Origin: Catajapyx aquilonaris
Lineage: Eukaryota
Assembly (NCBI GenBank): GCA_000934665.2
Contig: KZ538044.1
Location: 62,001-126,000 of the forward strand
DNA: 64,000 bases
Direction: 5' to 3'
Made by a program: the position numbers and the translations under genes. This document shows, piece by piece, positions 13,265 through 27,700 of the stretch (positions are counted from its first letter, which is position 1; every line of letters begins with the position of its first letter). Under the pieces are notes generated by a model. It searched no databases. It was not told the DNA's origin and was given only the letters and a program-made list of their open reading frames with translations.

Positions 13265-14281
13265 TTATCCTTTTCTCTCCTCAAGTTTGTCGGATTCTGC
13301 GGGCCCTTGGGATTCCAAGTATCCAAGCCTCATATTGGTCAGGGAGCTCTGAGTCTGTGCCAATCCCACAGGAATCCTATTGGGAAGGAAGCCCCCTGCC
13401 TTTTTCCCCTGACGAAAAGATGGAACTCTGGACTTCGGATAGATCTGGAGCACCAATGACGTCAGAGTTTTCAACGTTTGTGAATCACAATGGACCTGAA
13501 TTTCTTTCTTTAAAAGGGTAGCAAATTGGATCCATCCAAGTGTACTATCGCGAGCATAATGATGGAGCAGGACTTGGGCAGAAGTTCCAACGAGTTCGGT
13601 ATAAATCTGGCGATGTCTATATTCCCCAAGACGAAGAAACGTCATAGTCATGTCCACTTTACCGTACAATAGTTCCATCATTATACTCACGACTGTATGG
13701 CGAGTGAATTGCGGAGGCATACTTGGTCCATCTATTGATTCATACATGAAAACCTTTATAAATAATTCTACATCATTTGCAAGGTATGCACCGACGAAAT
13801 CAGTACATCGCAGTGCAGGTAAGCATTTTATCAATTCTAACTTTATAGCATGTCACGGTAGTCTGCAGAATGCAAGTGCAGGCACCCTAGGATCTTCCTT
13901 AATTCACTGCAATATAATTAAATTGTGAGCTTGCTCCTCTAGTAAATACTTCAAACTGACGAAGAAACTTGTGTAGAAACTCGGCGTTGACATGGGAGAA
14001 CTACAGTAGAATAATTATATTGTCGGTAAAGTAAGAGAGAACTTACAAGTGTGGGAGACTTACTACACGACTCGAGTTAAGCTAACAAATCTAACCTCTT
14101 CCTTCCCGCAACGCAACAGACCGTATGTCTTCTTTGAAGTTGGCCTTGTTAAGTATCGGCATAACTGTAGAGTCTTGCCTTCGTTTTTGTGCCCTAACTT
14201 GCAAGAAGGCCCCATTTGAATGTGCGTCAGAAGCTGTTGTGTCTCACTTTCCAAATTTAGTCTCCCCTCTAGCTTAATCAT
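13265..14281 (-). CDS. Candidate uncharacterised protein; one possible model is join(14281..14096,14000..13908,13840..13265), 284 aa
   Basis: A 192-codon open frame with protein-like composition and a downstream minus-strand AATAAA at 13130-13125. Two phase-0 GT-AG introns (95 and 67 nt) can join it to an ATG-initiated upstream ORF. No family was recognised, and other splice solutions exist. Confidence 0.35.
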
Positions 14282-14299
14282 CGCTCCTCAGGGAACTTC

Positions 14300-14339
<40 letters not shown>
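14300..14339. repeat. (AAT)n microsatellite followed by an inverted (ATT)n
   Basis: About 10 AAT units, then attattatta; read directly from the sequence. Confidence 0.9.
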
Positions 14340-17300
14340 AAATTAACAACAATAAAAATAATAAAAATAAAATAATGGCTTGTTAGGTTACAATTTTTTT
14401 TGACAACTTCATCAGATATACTGAAAGACCTACCTATTGCTCTACATGTAATATAATTACTGTAGCTGGTAATCAAACGAGTGGATGAAAAACAGCATCA
14501 CATAATTTGAAAATATCCGGAACAAAACTGCTGCTTAGTCATGGAATAACCACGTTAGAGGATTATCCAGTGTTTTCATGCACTTTAGTCCACTATAAAA
14601 AGGACCAAAAACTGAATCCTAAGCACCATGTTGATCCCCTCATACTCGAAATATGAAGTCATGAGTGCAAAGGTCCCCGAATGGCGTCATAAGCTCCATC
14701 CACTTGATCCTTTTTTTAGAAGCAGGCCAGAGCATACGTACATTATATTGAGCCGGACTCTATCCCATCTGTTCAATTAGTGATATAAGCGAGCGCAATG
14801 AGCGGCGTGTCGCCGTGCACAGCACGTCGAAGACCAACAATGTCCGGCCAGCCGAAGTGACACGCATCCATCAAGAGCGTGCAAAATGAATGGGCGCTAT
14901 CTGCAGGCCCGCAGTTGCACAAATCCCAATGCGACCCTTGATCAATGTAGAACGCGTTCATGGAACATGAAGCAGGACGAGTGGCCCCTGGGCCTAGTCC
15001 ATACCCAACTTGCCATGCTTTGCTGCCCCGGGGCCGCATTGCCTGCCCTGTGGCCTCGGATAATCGCTTCATGCCGCTTGCAGTTATGGTCATGCATGCA
15101 GGCATAGGCACCAGGACCGACCCTCATCACTACTACTGCTATACACACCCCTATCCCACCTACCACTCTATGCTGACGGATATAACCTGCTATAACCCCC
15201 CCACCTATTTTTATGCTTTCTGCCCCCTTCCCTATAGTCATGTGTGCGTTTGGGCAAAAAACGAGATTAAGTGGAAAACATGCACAAACTAACAGTACAG
15301 GGATTCAATCAATGTAATGGAAGGTGGAAAAAAGTAGGGTAGGTTTTTTTTTCCTAGGCAATGTAATCATGTCCATTCATTTCAAATGGAAAGGGATGTA
15401 CAATTGCGGTTATCAGTCCTGAATCTGTAAAAGCGAACACCTCGCAAAATATTCCGTATGACATATTTCCGCCAAGTCACATCGAACGTCATTGCTCCAT
15501 AAAGTATGGAGTAACTGGTGCAAATTGAGGTCAGACATTATAGGCATTGTCAAAATGCGTTAGATTCGCAACTCACTTTTTAAAACCCAAAGGTCGCGGA
15601 TTTTACGAAATTACGTACAGTACCGGTACAGTACAACTGAAATGAGGATATGATATTAAAAAACACATGGCAGCAAGTGGATATTTCTTACGTGTGTGAC
15701 TCCCGGAAAAATAAATTAGTCATCATGCCGCCTGATCACTATTCACGAACAGCGCTAATAAAAAGTTCAATGGAAAAATACCGAGGAAGGTGTGCAATGG
15801 AAAATTCCAAAAATTATGCGCATGTGTTGAGTGACAGGTAGAAAAATTTGGCTAACGGCTTCCGACAGTCCGTGTCAATGCAGCGCATATCCATGCTGGT
15901 GCACTTGTTCCGACCATCGAGTACGTGCATTCGCGACTAGCTTACACTATGTCCCACAAAGCTATCCGAATTCTGGGAGCCAGACATTCCATCGCCATCA
16001 GTTCAGCAGCCGTGAATACAAATCATCAATAAAAATGCGCACCACAATTTAATTTGAATGCATCCATGTTTCTATAGTCTCTTATTCACTTGCTTCCAAC
16101 TCGGGACAAATCCACAGATTTTGCCAAATTACGACTTTTTATTTTTTGAAAGGCACCAACCGTGCTGAGACCTTAGCGTGGGTATTCAACTGTAGGTAGA
16201 GCCCCATAACAAAAGGCAGGTCTCATTAATATCAGGTGAGTGAATTTTCGTGAAATCACTGTTTCCACTAACACTTCCGTTGTAGCAACGTTATCCCTTA
16301 TTGCATTTATTTCTCCATTTATATAACAGTAATACAGTCTCCTGCATGCATTGCTACGATAACACAAAAGACATTCTATTAAGATCTTCCACTTGGTGCT
16401 TCTACAACTTGAGGCATACATAGGATTTGTTTGTCATTATAAATGCATGTTATATAACTTACTGTAAGTCTTGAGAGAATAATACGAGATGCTGAGCTCT
16501 GAGCCGGTTGTGACCCGGGGAAAATGTGTCATATCGCAGTACAAATGTGGACAAAAGGATCACGTAACACAAACGACGGAGACGGAGCTTTGAGAGGAAG
16601 CGAATTGGAGCCAAAAGCACTTGCGGAGGGAAATTTAATTTCCTATTTGAAATGAGAATGCGGTCGTTTCATATTCTCTCTGGGTTTTATTTCGTCGCCT
16701 GCGTCACTTGATTAAAAGAGTGCCTGCGAGGAGGCCGCCATGTTTAATGGCTCATTACATGTTTCTATGGCTCTGGAAGGGAGAGAAACGCTGGATTTAA
16801 GCTTCTGCAATCGCTTCGGAATTGTGTTTTTCTCATAGCTTTCGAGTATTACATTTTTATTATCCGAATAACATTTAGAAAAGAGAAAAAACTGTGGAAT
16901 ACTGCCCGCTATAATGCGACATGGTCATATTAAATGTTATCAGAGTAAGCCGGCACTTTTGTGCATGCAAGGAAATGAAATGAAAGGAATACAGTCTCGG
17001 TGCAACTCTTAAAGTTTTTACATTATTGAGCCCCAAGCACTTTACAGCCATTTGGGTCTCCGTCACAATGCGATTCACTCTTAATTTTCTGAACTACCTG
17101 AAAACCGTTTGTAATTTTATCTCATCAAAATTGTACAACACATAATTCTGTCTCTGTATAATACGATCCAGTTGAATCAAAATTCAGCACTAAATAGACC
17201 CTATGTGATGCTCTATATCTACTCAATTATATCCCGAAGCAAAAAAGTGGAATTACTCCCCCCATATAAAAGCACATAGCGAATTTTGAACCTAAACCCC

Positions 17301-18906
17301 GCCCATATGCTATACTTTCATTAGAGTTACACTATTCCAGTAGAGATTACATTTCCATTTCGGCTAAAATGAGGAAGCTCACTGCCGGCCCATTTCGGAT
17401 GTAATTATCACGATTTATACACCGAATGTGCATCAGGTGACTGCAGCATATCGGGATTTTAATACCGGCATCGGCATCCGGCATGAAATGACGTCCGTAA
17501 AAATGTGGCAGGCGCCAGAAAAGACCAGTTGTTACCCACCCGATCTGACCAATCCTAAACGTCTGTAATTGAGATCGGGATCCGAAGAGGACTATTGGTT
17601 CCTGAAAAGTTATCCCGGGGTGTACCTAATGCCGCAATATTCCCCTAGGGTGACTAATGGCCCTTAAAAAAATCACTGCCTCGCGTGAGAGTTCAAAGAT
17701 ATTGCTCGTAAAGTAGGCTGGAGTTGGCGAGTCCATCAGAATCCGGGCCCAAAAAATTGATATTTGGACCAGATGAATGGCCCACTTTGGCCGTATCGCG
17801 GTGATCCCCAGTCGACACTTTATTGACGGATATGGTCTATAACTCTAGTTGACTCTCAATATGTCGTTCCCCACTGATTCTCCCATACGTACTCTGCACA
17901 AACTCGACGACTGATATTATTTGCTCACAAATCCAAGTGCAGAGAACAGATAAGGAGACGTCCCTATAAGCTTGTCAAATATATGGAGGGGGAAAAAATC
18001 ATTCAAAACATGTCGTCCAATCAGCCTGCTCTCAACTGATAAGAATCGTCTCAAAATATTACTGGCTGCAATATTCAAATGATGGGCAGGTCAAGGCTTC
18101 GAAAGACATTCTACCAGTATATATACCCTCTGTTGATGTCACAGGAGTTGACAGTGTACTGTACTGGAATGCCAAGCCATGGAGCACAGTGAAGATGAAG
18201 GAAATCAAAATCCCTGTCGAACGCCTCGAAATGCTGGAGGCGAAACCAGACGAGCTAGGTAAGCCGTCTCCAGGAAGGGGCTTGCCAGGCGTATATTTCT
18301 CAGTGTAGAAATAAAGGGTTACGTGACTAGATTCTTCGGAAGCCTGGAGATATCTCAAGTCGACCGTGAGATAAAGTTTACAGGGTGGTTGAGAACTTTG
18401 CCTCCGGTAGTTACTTTGTTTTATACGAATTGTTTCTGGTGAAGAACGAAAGGGGAGAAGTTGGAAGTAATATGTGGTAGTAAAAAAGAAAATTAATTTT
18501 TAACCGGCATAATTATGTACAGGCCAAGTGCCTGCACTCTTCTAACATGCAAAGCACTGTCATAATAAAGAGATGGAATAATAGCTTACTGACCTTGCTA
18601 TTAAAGTAAATATTTTAAATACGGGTTACAATGTTGCTTTAGCCAGCGAATGCTCTGAGCCATCCTTTTATGTTCACCAGTAGTTTTTTCCCCGTACGAG
18701 AAAGCCAGCCCCGTATTTCCCAGGTCGTATACAGTATCAATCTTTTTTCTAGATCTGTAATAGAAACCCCATTTCTCCCACTTCCTCGCGCCCTCCATGC
18801 CTCCTTTCTTGCCCTTCCTTCTTGCCTGGCTTCTCCCTGTCAATACAGCACAACACACACCCCAGCAACCACCTCGTTGCTAGGTGATGAACCAGGCCTA
18901 TTCCAG

Positions 18907-18952
18907 AAAACGGGTGTAAAAAGGGTATAAAATAGGTATAAAATGGGTAAAA
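18907..18952. repeat. Degenerate 11-bp tandem repeat (AAAANRGGTRT), about 4 copies
   Basis: AAAACGGGTGT / AAAAAGGGTAT / AAAATAGGTAT / AAAATGGGT. Confidence 0.7.
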
Positions 18953-21690
18953 GGACATTATTTGGCCTGCGGGCCTTCCGCAGGACTCGTACTGCCTTAC
19001 AAATCCTCTTGTAACCACCCCTTAGCCATGTCCTACCACCATACGAAGGACCATGCGGTGAATTGTAAACTTTGACATCCAATCTCGCATGGTCTGGTAA
19101 AAAATAAATAAATTCTGCACAGTAAAAAGAGAGGTCAGACTTGCCCAACATAAAGTCAGTTTGTCAAATCTGTTTGTTTTTTTTCACAAGAAAATAGTTA
19201 TTTGTGTGTGACAATCGCTCTTCAAAGAGTAGGAGCATGAATTACATCATAGAAAATTCTAAGATAGATATTTATGATAATATCATTCTGTTGACATCAC
19301 CAAAAAAATTTGCCTCCCTTTGAAACCGGTTACTTCCGCAAGTCCCGCAGTGCCGAAAAAAATTTGTTAGTTTGCTGAAGTATTCCGGATTAACAAGACG
19401 GTTATTGAGATGCGCAGCCTTCACTGTCCTGATCCTTTATCGGCAGGGGAGAAGAAGAAAAAAATTCCAGTGGCAGACATAAAACACTTGCACGTAGACC
19501 TCGGGCCGCCTTTTTGCATGGAAAGCTTCTCCTTTGGCCGACCTACTTTCCTCCAACTTAAGGCTTTTTGTGTGTGGAGGAGATGTTGGTGTAAGAATGG
19601 AAATGAAATGGCCGCATTTCCTTCTGGCCGGAAAGAGATTGCAGCGAGGAAAGTATCAAGTCCCCAGATGGAGTTCAAGTAGCGGGGTCGCCATTTCTCT
19701 AGGGTTCACTCTTTTTCTACTTCTTCCCTTTTTTATTCCTCAAGAAAAATCTTCGCACATATTATGACGAAAACGGTGCAGTACGAACTGGAGAGGGGGC
19801 AAAAGGCCCAGTCCACCAATTGTCAGATTGGGCCATTCATAGAAACGGGCCAGACGTGAGGTTAATATCAACCAGAGAGGATCAGAAACATCCCTGCCAT
19901 TTAATTCTTGATCTTACTCAAGCAGCAGTAAGGAAAAATGCAGGAGATTAAGGCAGAAATATTTTCCTGCCACATTTACGTCGCAAAAAATTCCTCCCTG
20001 AAGCGTATCATTCCATTTTTGAAAACATGCCATCCGTATGTAGTGATCAGCAAAAAAATTTCATTCCTGAACTACTTCCCCCAGAGGTTAGCGAATTATC
20101 GTTCCAATTTAGAATCTGACATGGAAAGAGCAGTTGTGATTACCGCCTCAGAACGTCCCATGTAAACCTAACATGAGGCAATTTTTGCTAGAAGCAGCCA
20201 GAGGAAAATCGCATGGAAGAGAGAGAAAAAAAATCCATTCATCTTCTCCCGCAGCTCTTGCTATGGTGGTATGAAAGCGGAGCTGCTCGTGTTGCTCCAG
20301 GCTTAAATTAGTAGAGGGAAAACTTTCCTCCTCTAAATAATTGGCATGTGTACATGGAAAAAGAGTTCATAAAGGAGTCATGGACTAGGATAAAGAACGG
20401 TTCTTATTAAGGAGAACCCTGCAGGGCGAGGTGTGTTAGACACAAAATTAAAACTCGCACCACCACCCCAACTTTTTCGCTCCAAATATCAGTCATGATC
20501 TAATGAATGTAATTATTACGGCAGGGTCATTTTTGCTATTTGGCAGGAAACGCCTTAGGCTTTACCAAAAAAAATCAGAGTTTTCGCAGGAAACAAAAGC
20601 CGAGGATTATGCATTTGGATGTTTATTTTTGATGAGCAAGTACAGGATTGTGCAAAAACACTATTGACATATTGTTCGATTAAATGAAAATGATACAATG
20701 CAGTAACTTCGTCGATGTGTAATATTAATTTAGAGTATGTTATATATACACAATGCAGTTTACTGTTTGCCTTGTTACCCACTTCAATTTGAATAGACAA
20801 ACACACACATACTATTGACTCGCAGAAAGACCACCCTAATGAAATACTGTACACCTAAGCATGCACTATGCATGATGTGATACAGTTCTCCTAAACCACT
20901 GCATGATGATCATCATTATCATCATGTAACATGCAGTCTAATTTCTTCCTCCATTTTAGTGTAGTCGATCATGTAGGAAGATGATTAAAGGCTGAACATA
21001 AACAGTGAAGTAACAACACTATATCGAAACTTAAACTGCTTGAGGAAACTCCATCTCAGCGTGACGTCAGTCTCTATTCGGTATAGAAGCGGTTTATCCC
21101 TGCTGCTTTTGGCCCTTTTTTAAGGATCTTTGATGAGGCAAGTGAGAGACTTCCCCAACTTGTTTCCTTTTGGAGAGCAAAAGAGGAGGCAATAATCCTG
21201 CAGAAAGTGAGAGAGAGAGAAGAGAAGCTGCGGGACTCAAAGAGTTTTCCCTGTCGCCCTCCCAGCTTCTTATCTTCCGCTTTTCGCCTGTTTTCTCTGC
21301 GCCGCTTCATCTTTGCCTCCAAGCACAAGCGTGCCCAGGAAACTAATCACTTCCTCTTTGATACCACCAAAGCTCGGATGGATATGTCTCCTTGGCTGAT
21401 GCGAGCTGCTGCTCATGTCCACCAAACGGCTCCACTTCGACCGTCGCCAGACATCCAGTCACACCCTACCTCTACGGCCACTGCTGATTCTCAATTTTTA
21501 AAAGGCCCCATCAAAATTCAAAGGGAGGCCAGAGTCGCAAATTCCTAAGAACTCGGATGCACAGGGGAGCCTACCTTCTTGCATTATGCTGCTGTCGGAA
21601 AAGATCGTCAAAGTTATCCCGAGAGTGATGCAGGTCTCAAGAATGAGGTTATCCTGAAGTGCCTGCCATTCGTCTTAAAGCCGACCTCAC

Positions 21691-21742
<52 letters not shown>
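21691..21742. repeat. (ATA)n microsatellite, about 17 units
   Basis: Read directly from the sequence. Confidence 0.95.
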
Positions 21743-21746
<4 letters not shown>

Positions 21747-24700
21747 TAGCTAGCGCATAATCCAATGTCATTTTTGACATAATCCCACAGTGCATTAAAG
21801 AGTGTAATCGCTTGATTAATATTTCATTTTATGGCTGAAAACACAATTTCCATTTCACCAATTGAGTGGTTGGCCATAACAATAAATTAAATGTCAGAGA
21901 GGGTAACCTAGAAAAGTTATAGCCCGCTGGATATAGTGCGCAAAAACGTGCAATAAGGGTCATGAATCTCTCGACGTGCTCTTTCCAGGGTAGTTTGTTC
22001 CAAGGCAGCCTCTATAATAGAATCACTTCTGACTAGATATAGTATTGCCCTGTTGGCATGCAGTACATGATAGTGAAATTAATATTGTTGCCATTGTGTA
22101 GCACTGGTACTCAGCTCGCCAATTGCTGAATATTTTGATATGAAAAAGATCCAACCGAAAATTTGAAAATTCTATGATCCTGTAAGATAACAAGTACTGA
22201 TGAGCTCATCACACGGAGAGGTTCATGGTATAACAGCTCGCATTGATAGTGGGAATATCAAAACACCCAGCATGGGAAAAGGCCGAATCGGCGTGACAGG
22301 TGTGAATTTGACAACCTAAATCCATGTTTTCATGTAAACGCGGAAAATCTGGTTGTTATGTGCATCAGTTCTCCGGATATGTGCCACTCGTTATCCATTC
22401 AGGTAACGAGGTTACGTTATTCTGCAGTGACGGCTATACACTCCATCCCATAATCTGGCATCGTCAGGTGCCCAGTGCACGTGCTGCCTTTCCATTCATG
22501 CGATGTGTACATGAATGCAATCAAATCAGAATTGGCAAAGGCTGCATAAATTTATAATTTCTGCAAGCTATGTTGAAGTTACTCATCCTTTTCGGGTAGA
22601 GAGTGAACCCGGAGGTCAACAATGATGCCCTCCCACGTCTGATGACCAACCCTATTCAGCATTGGGGGGGATATTGTGAGTGTGTGTGTGTGCGCGTGTG
22701 TTTGGGACGAGGGTGATCGATTCGTGCGGATGCAAACATGTGTTTCAGTGCTCGCCTTGCAAATGGGGCCTCTCCGGGGACAATAGACGTGCTCTCTATC
22801 ATCGAAACCAAACTGGTTCCAGCAGCCACCAGGCCCACATGCAAATATTTTATCTCCCGAATCACACGGGTGGATGGAGATAATACTGCGGCTTGGATTT
22901 TCCTCATGCGGATCAAGGTTGCATGGCCTGGTCCTCGGGCGTTGAATTTTTGACAGATACAATCACACGATACAATAGGAAGTGGGTTAATGAGGTGGAT
23001 CAAATGTTAAATGATAAAGGTCAGTAATATGAAGCGCACATCAACACACGTAAATAATGGATAACACCAATTGAGACAAAAGAGTTGCCAAACCACAATT
23101 CTCCGGGTGTCGTAAGCATTGGTTCCATTGGATCACCTGCAAAAGGCCAGTGGGAACTTTAATTTTATCAGACTTTGCTGTAAAATAAAGAAAGAAACTT
23201 GCCGTCCCAATGGAATCTAAGTTTAGTGTTCGGTTCTACCCTCTCGTGGGAAGCTTACTTTTGTGCTGAACCTATACTGGCCCTTTTCGATTTGCCTATA
23301 GACCTACGAGACTTTTATTGCCCCAAAACGTGTGGTTGACCTTAGTGCCATAAAAACTTGCATTATTTAGGGACATGTCTAACCGCAAAGCTGGAAATAA
23401 AGTGCTCTGTCCAGCCACATCAATAATTAGGTTTATGATTTAATATTTATATCCGTATCATCACGGCAGTTATATGATATAATAATCAGCCCGAGCGATC
23501 AAATTTTCCTAAGCGAACGACTAGTTTTGGTATATGTGCACCATTTAATATTTTATACCAATGCAATACCTCAAATTTCTCATCGAACATCACGTATTAA
23601 ATTATGTAAAATTGTGCACCTGTGAAGCGTGGCTTTTGACATGCCTATAAATAATTCAACATTAACCATCCGCCCGTTAGCCATAAAGTCGGGTTATAAC
23701 CTATTGATTTATATTATGCAGAATAATATTTATGATGAGTCGTCCGCAACAACAGAATTTTTGAAGCTTCATGCGCGCATGGGTTAAGCGAGGAATAATT
23801 TTCCAGCAAGAGTGAAATTCAAGGGGGAGAGAGAGGTCATGTATCTGCGGGAATCCCGCACTTTCATCTATTTGCTAGAAATGAGGCCGGGTATTCATTA
23901 TTCAAAAAGAAGTTACTTAGTCATAGAATGGTGCTTGTTCCCAGGTGACCCTAAAGATTCCCGCTGCTTTAAAACTGATGGATGGTTACAACCAGTTTCA
24001 TTCTAGGGCTCAGGGTAGGCCCAAGAGGATAATAATTTATCTCACCATTGACCTCGCGAGGTAAGCCTCAGTGAGCATTTGGAATAATTGTAACTTTACA
24101 TCACACTTGCAAGCTTGGATTACGAGACGCAATATGTCTTTGTCATGTTTGAACCGATAAAAAGTACGGTAGGGGTGCCGGAAAGTTCCCATCGTCAGGA
24201 TAACCCCAAAGGGTCAATTTGCCAGAGAGGTGGTCCATAACTATTACTCTAACCCCTCGGGACCGATCTCAGAACAAGGTTATATGGTCAGTCGGGCCAA
24301 ACCGAGCACAAGTCAGTGACACGCTCGTTTGTTTTGGCTGCTGGGTCTTATCATGCCCATTTGTGGGTGAAAAGAGTGCGAACACCAGATTACAGTAGAC
24401 AAAAAAAAATTGCGCACAAAGCTGATAAATACGGTTGGACCATTGCCGATAAACGTGTCTGAATCTCGTTTTCAGTTCGGCAAGTACGATAATGCCAAAT
24501 AATAAATCCGGAACAATAGCTGAGGGGTAAAACACCGAAAGGACTAGATTATGCGACGGATAAAATGGCCTGCTTTAAGGCGCTAGACTGTATGTGCCAC
24601 AGCGATATTTGCTTTGAGAGTGCCGAGTTTACAGTGTACAATCTATTTACGTTCACTTCGTGACCTGCAAATACAGTACATGCGTGCCTCCTGCCAGTAC

Positions 24701-27700
24701 TAATTAGTGTGCTAATTTTGAAACGAGAATGTTTCGAACGGCCCATCCCAAAGTAATTGAATACTTTAAAAGTCAAGAAACCGTAGGAAACACCAATAAC
24801 TTCATTTATGCCTTCGTTTTTGTGTATAAAAATAATGTAAATTCGATTCGATGGCCAATATGGCATTTCAGTACCTCTGTACAGTGTTCATAATTTTAAC
24901 TACTGTGGCAGAAGGTAGAATGAGTTCGAATGCGTTCAAACTGGTTCAAACTGATATATCACAAAGAGAAACCATGCCGCAGCTGGTAGACTGTAGTACA
25001 TGTACTGTAGAGTGAGAATGTGGACTCGGGAACTGTGCTGAAATAGAACGGGCCTGCTGTGTCAATGTTGGTAAGTGACATTTTGTGCCAGAGCACTTAC
25101 TTTCATGCTCTAATTTCTAATACATGATATATAGTAAGTTACATGTTCTCGGTAATGAGGATTGCAAAGACCTAGTGACACCACTATAATATAGTGATCA
25201 TCTGGTGTATAGAGTAGCTCGTCTTTGAAGCTTGTCGGTGCTATTATGCTACGTTCCTGTACTGTACACAAAAGCAGCCATACAGTTTCGAGAGTTCTCG
25301 AGCTCTCTTCTCAGAAACAGGTCCTACATTTCATAATAATAAACATGCTGTCACATGGACGTGGGACTAATTTTACACTCTTCGCTCTCAGATTTCAAGA
25401 TGGGCGTAAATTTTCAGCAGCAACCTCGGCAGATAGTGCAAAGGACCTGCTTCAATTACGTACTACTGTGTACACCATTACGCACTGTACACTACACTCT
25501 TGTAGGTGCCATTCCTTTGAACCGAACATGCAGTACCATCAGAATCCTTTTGTGTTGTGGATAACTCTAGTAAGCCTGTTGTACATAATTTTACCATGAA
25601 TTAGTGGCGCTGTCAATTCAAATAAACTACAGTATTATTAATTATTATCGCCTGAACATGCTGTACGTCCTAATTACTAGCTCTTTAAATGCATTATCGT
25701 TTTAAATTCTACAGTTAAATGTATTTACATCCTTTGTGAATGGTCTCATTTTGTTATTATTAATAATTCTACCAGTCCCCTTGGGGACTATTTGCAGCAA
25801 ATATTTGCAAACCTTTACAACATACTGTTCCATTACATACAGTATAGCTATTCCAGCTGGAAAAATAACACTTCATATTAAATTACTAATACTGTGTCGA
25901 CTCATAAATTATGCCACACTAGTTTTTCATTGCGGTACAATAAAACGCATCCACTGTATCATATCTGAGGGGTGCAAAAATGTATAATGAAAATAACTTT
26001 TTTCACAAAATATAACTTTGGTACACTGTAAGGCTTTAAATTATTAATGAAATTTTAATCCCACTAAAAAGTTAAATATACGCCTACATCTTATGTGACA
26101 AAATTCTGTAATGTTAAATGTTACTATAAAAGGCAAGACTCATATAAAAATCCGACAATCTCACAATAACAAAAATTATATTTACAGTCATAAACCTTAA
26201 CCTACAATTATGCCAAATGCAGTTCTTGACATCAGGTACCACAATTGGCCTGCCATAAGTTTCTCTGGGACTGGCCATGCCATAGGTCCGAGCGAGACTT
26301 CTGGCCTCCATTTGAAGTGCAACTAAGGGCATTATTTACCAAATTGTGATGCAGGAAGTGGGATTCCCGAGTGACAAGTTGTCAGGATGTCCGCTGGTGA
26401 ATGATGCATGAGGACGAATCTCTCCTTGTGACATTTGGGTTTCAGAGTCCGGTGCAAAAGTGACCCAAAGTCTCCATTAGGCCCGAGCGATGTGTCCGGA
26501 TAACGTCAGGCCGGACCAGTGGAAAGAGAGATGGGCGTGAAAATCCGGTTGGAAGGCCCCGAAGTCTGGCTGCAAGGCAACATGTCACCAGCATCGAACT
26601 CCGTCTAACAAAAGGGGGGTGCCAGAAATTTGCTTCTGACAGGTCTCCATTGGACCAATTAGTCGAGCTGAATGCAACAAAACGCCTTCAACCCAATCGA
26701 TTTCCGATCATGTGCAGACGTTCTCAGCATTTTCTTTTTTTTATTATTTAACTTTTTTTGGTGACAAGAAAAAGCAAGTCTCATTTTAGATCCGAATATT
26801 TTTGGGTCGCTCCAATAAGTAGGTTCCTTTGTGATTTTAAACGACTAGGAAATGAATTCCCCGACCATTATGATGGAGATTGACTGCCCGGAATCTTTTC
26901 ATACCTCTTGTCACTCGGAATACATTCGCTCGCCATTTGTTCAGATTCTGAGAAATTGTTTTTTTGGACCGGGTGATAAAAGGATTGATTTTCTCCTGCT
27001 TTTGAATCCGAAATTTACAACACTGGTATCTGGAGTGGAGATGCGCTGCTGTGAAAAGCGAACTTCAGGGTACGGCCACCAGAGCGTCTCTACCAGTGTG
27101 AAATCTACCGCTGTGAAATCTCAAGTAAACAGTGTGTCTAAAATTGCAAATTCTAGCCGTCAAACGTGACATGAATACGAAGCAATATTCTGGCTCTTCT
27201 GATGACAATAACGCGGTAACTCATTCAACACTCCAATCCCGAAACAAATTCCGAGCCCAGCAGGTATATCGAAATAAAGAATAGCGGATGAGAATGATAA
27301 CATTGGGAGAAGTGAGCTCTTCTCACCATTTTCTGTCATAAAATCAAGTCAGTGCTGAAATTTCACGATGCAGATAACTTTGAAAACCCGACCAGACATA
27401 CATTTTGATTAGGAGAAACGCATTTGCGCCCCACAGAGTCGTCCTAAGGCTTTATATATCACCTGGACTGGTCACTACATCATTTTATGCACTAACTGCC
27501 CACAAAATGAGGTTTGGACCCGGAGGAATATTTCTCGCTTAATAAACCCCCCTAGATGGTTGCATAAATTGATGAGAGCCGTGGCTGCATGCCGTGAAAA
27601 TGCAGCTCCCTCTGTGGGGCGCCGGCTTGTGTGATACAGCTGTTAAGGCATCTGCAATAAGGTGCGAAGGGCAGCATCCACATTGATCCTACCCACCACT

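Noticed and set aside
21077..21548. ~157-codon open frame on the plus strand
   Set aside because: No recognisable domain or convincing splice sites; partly GA-repeat and pyrimidine-tract derived.
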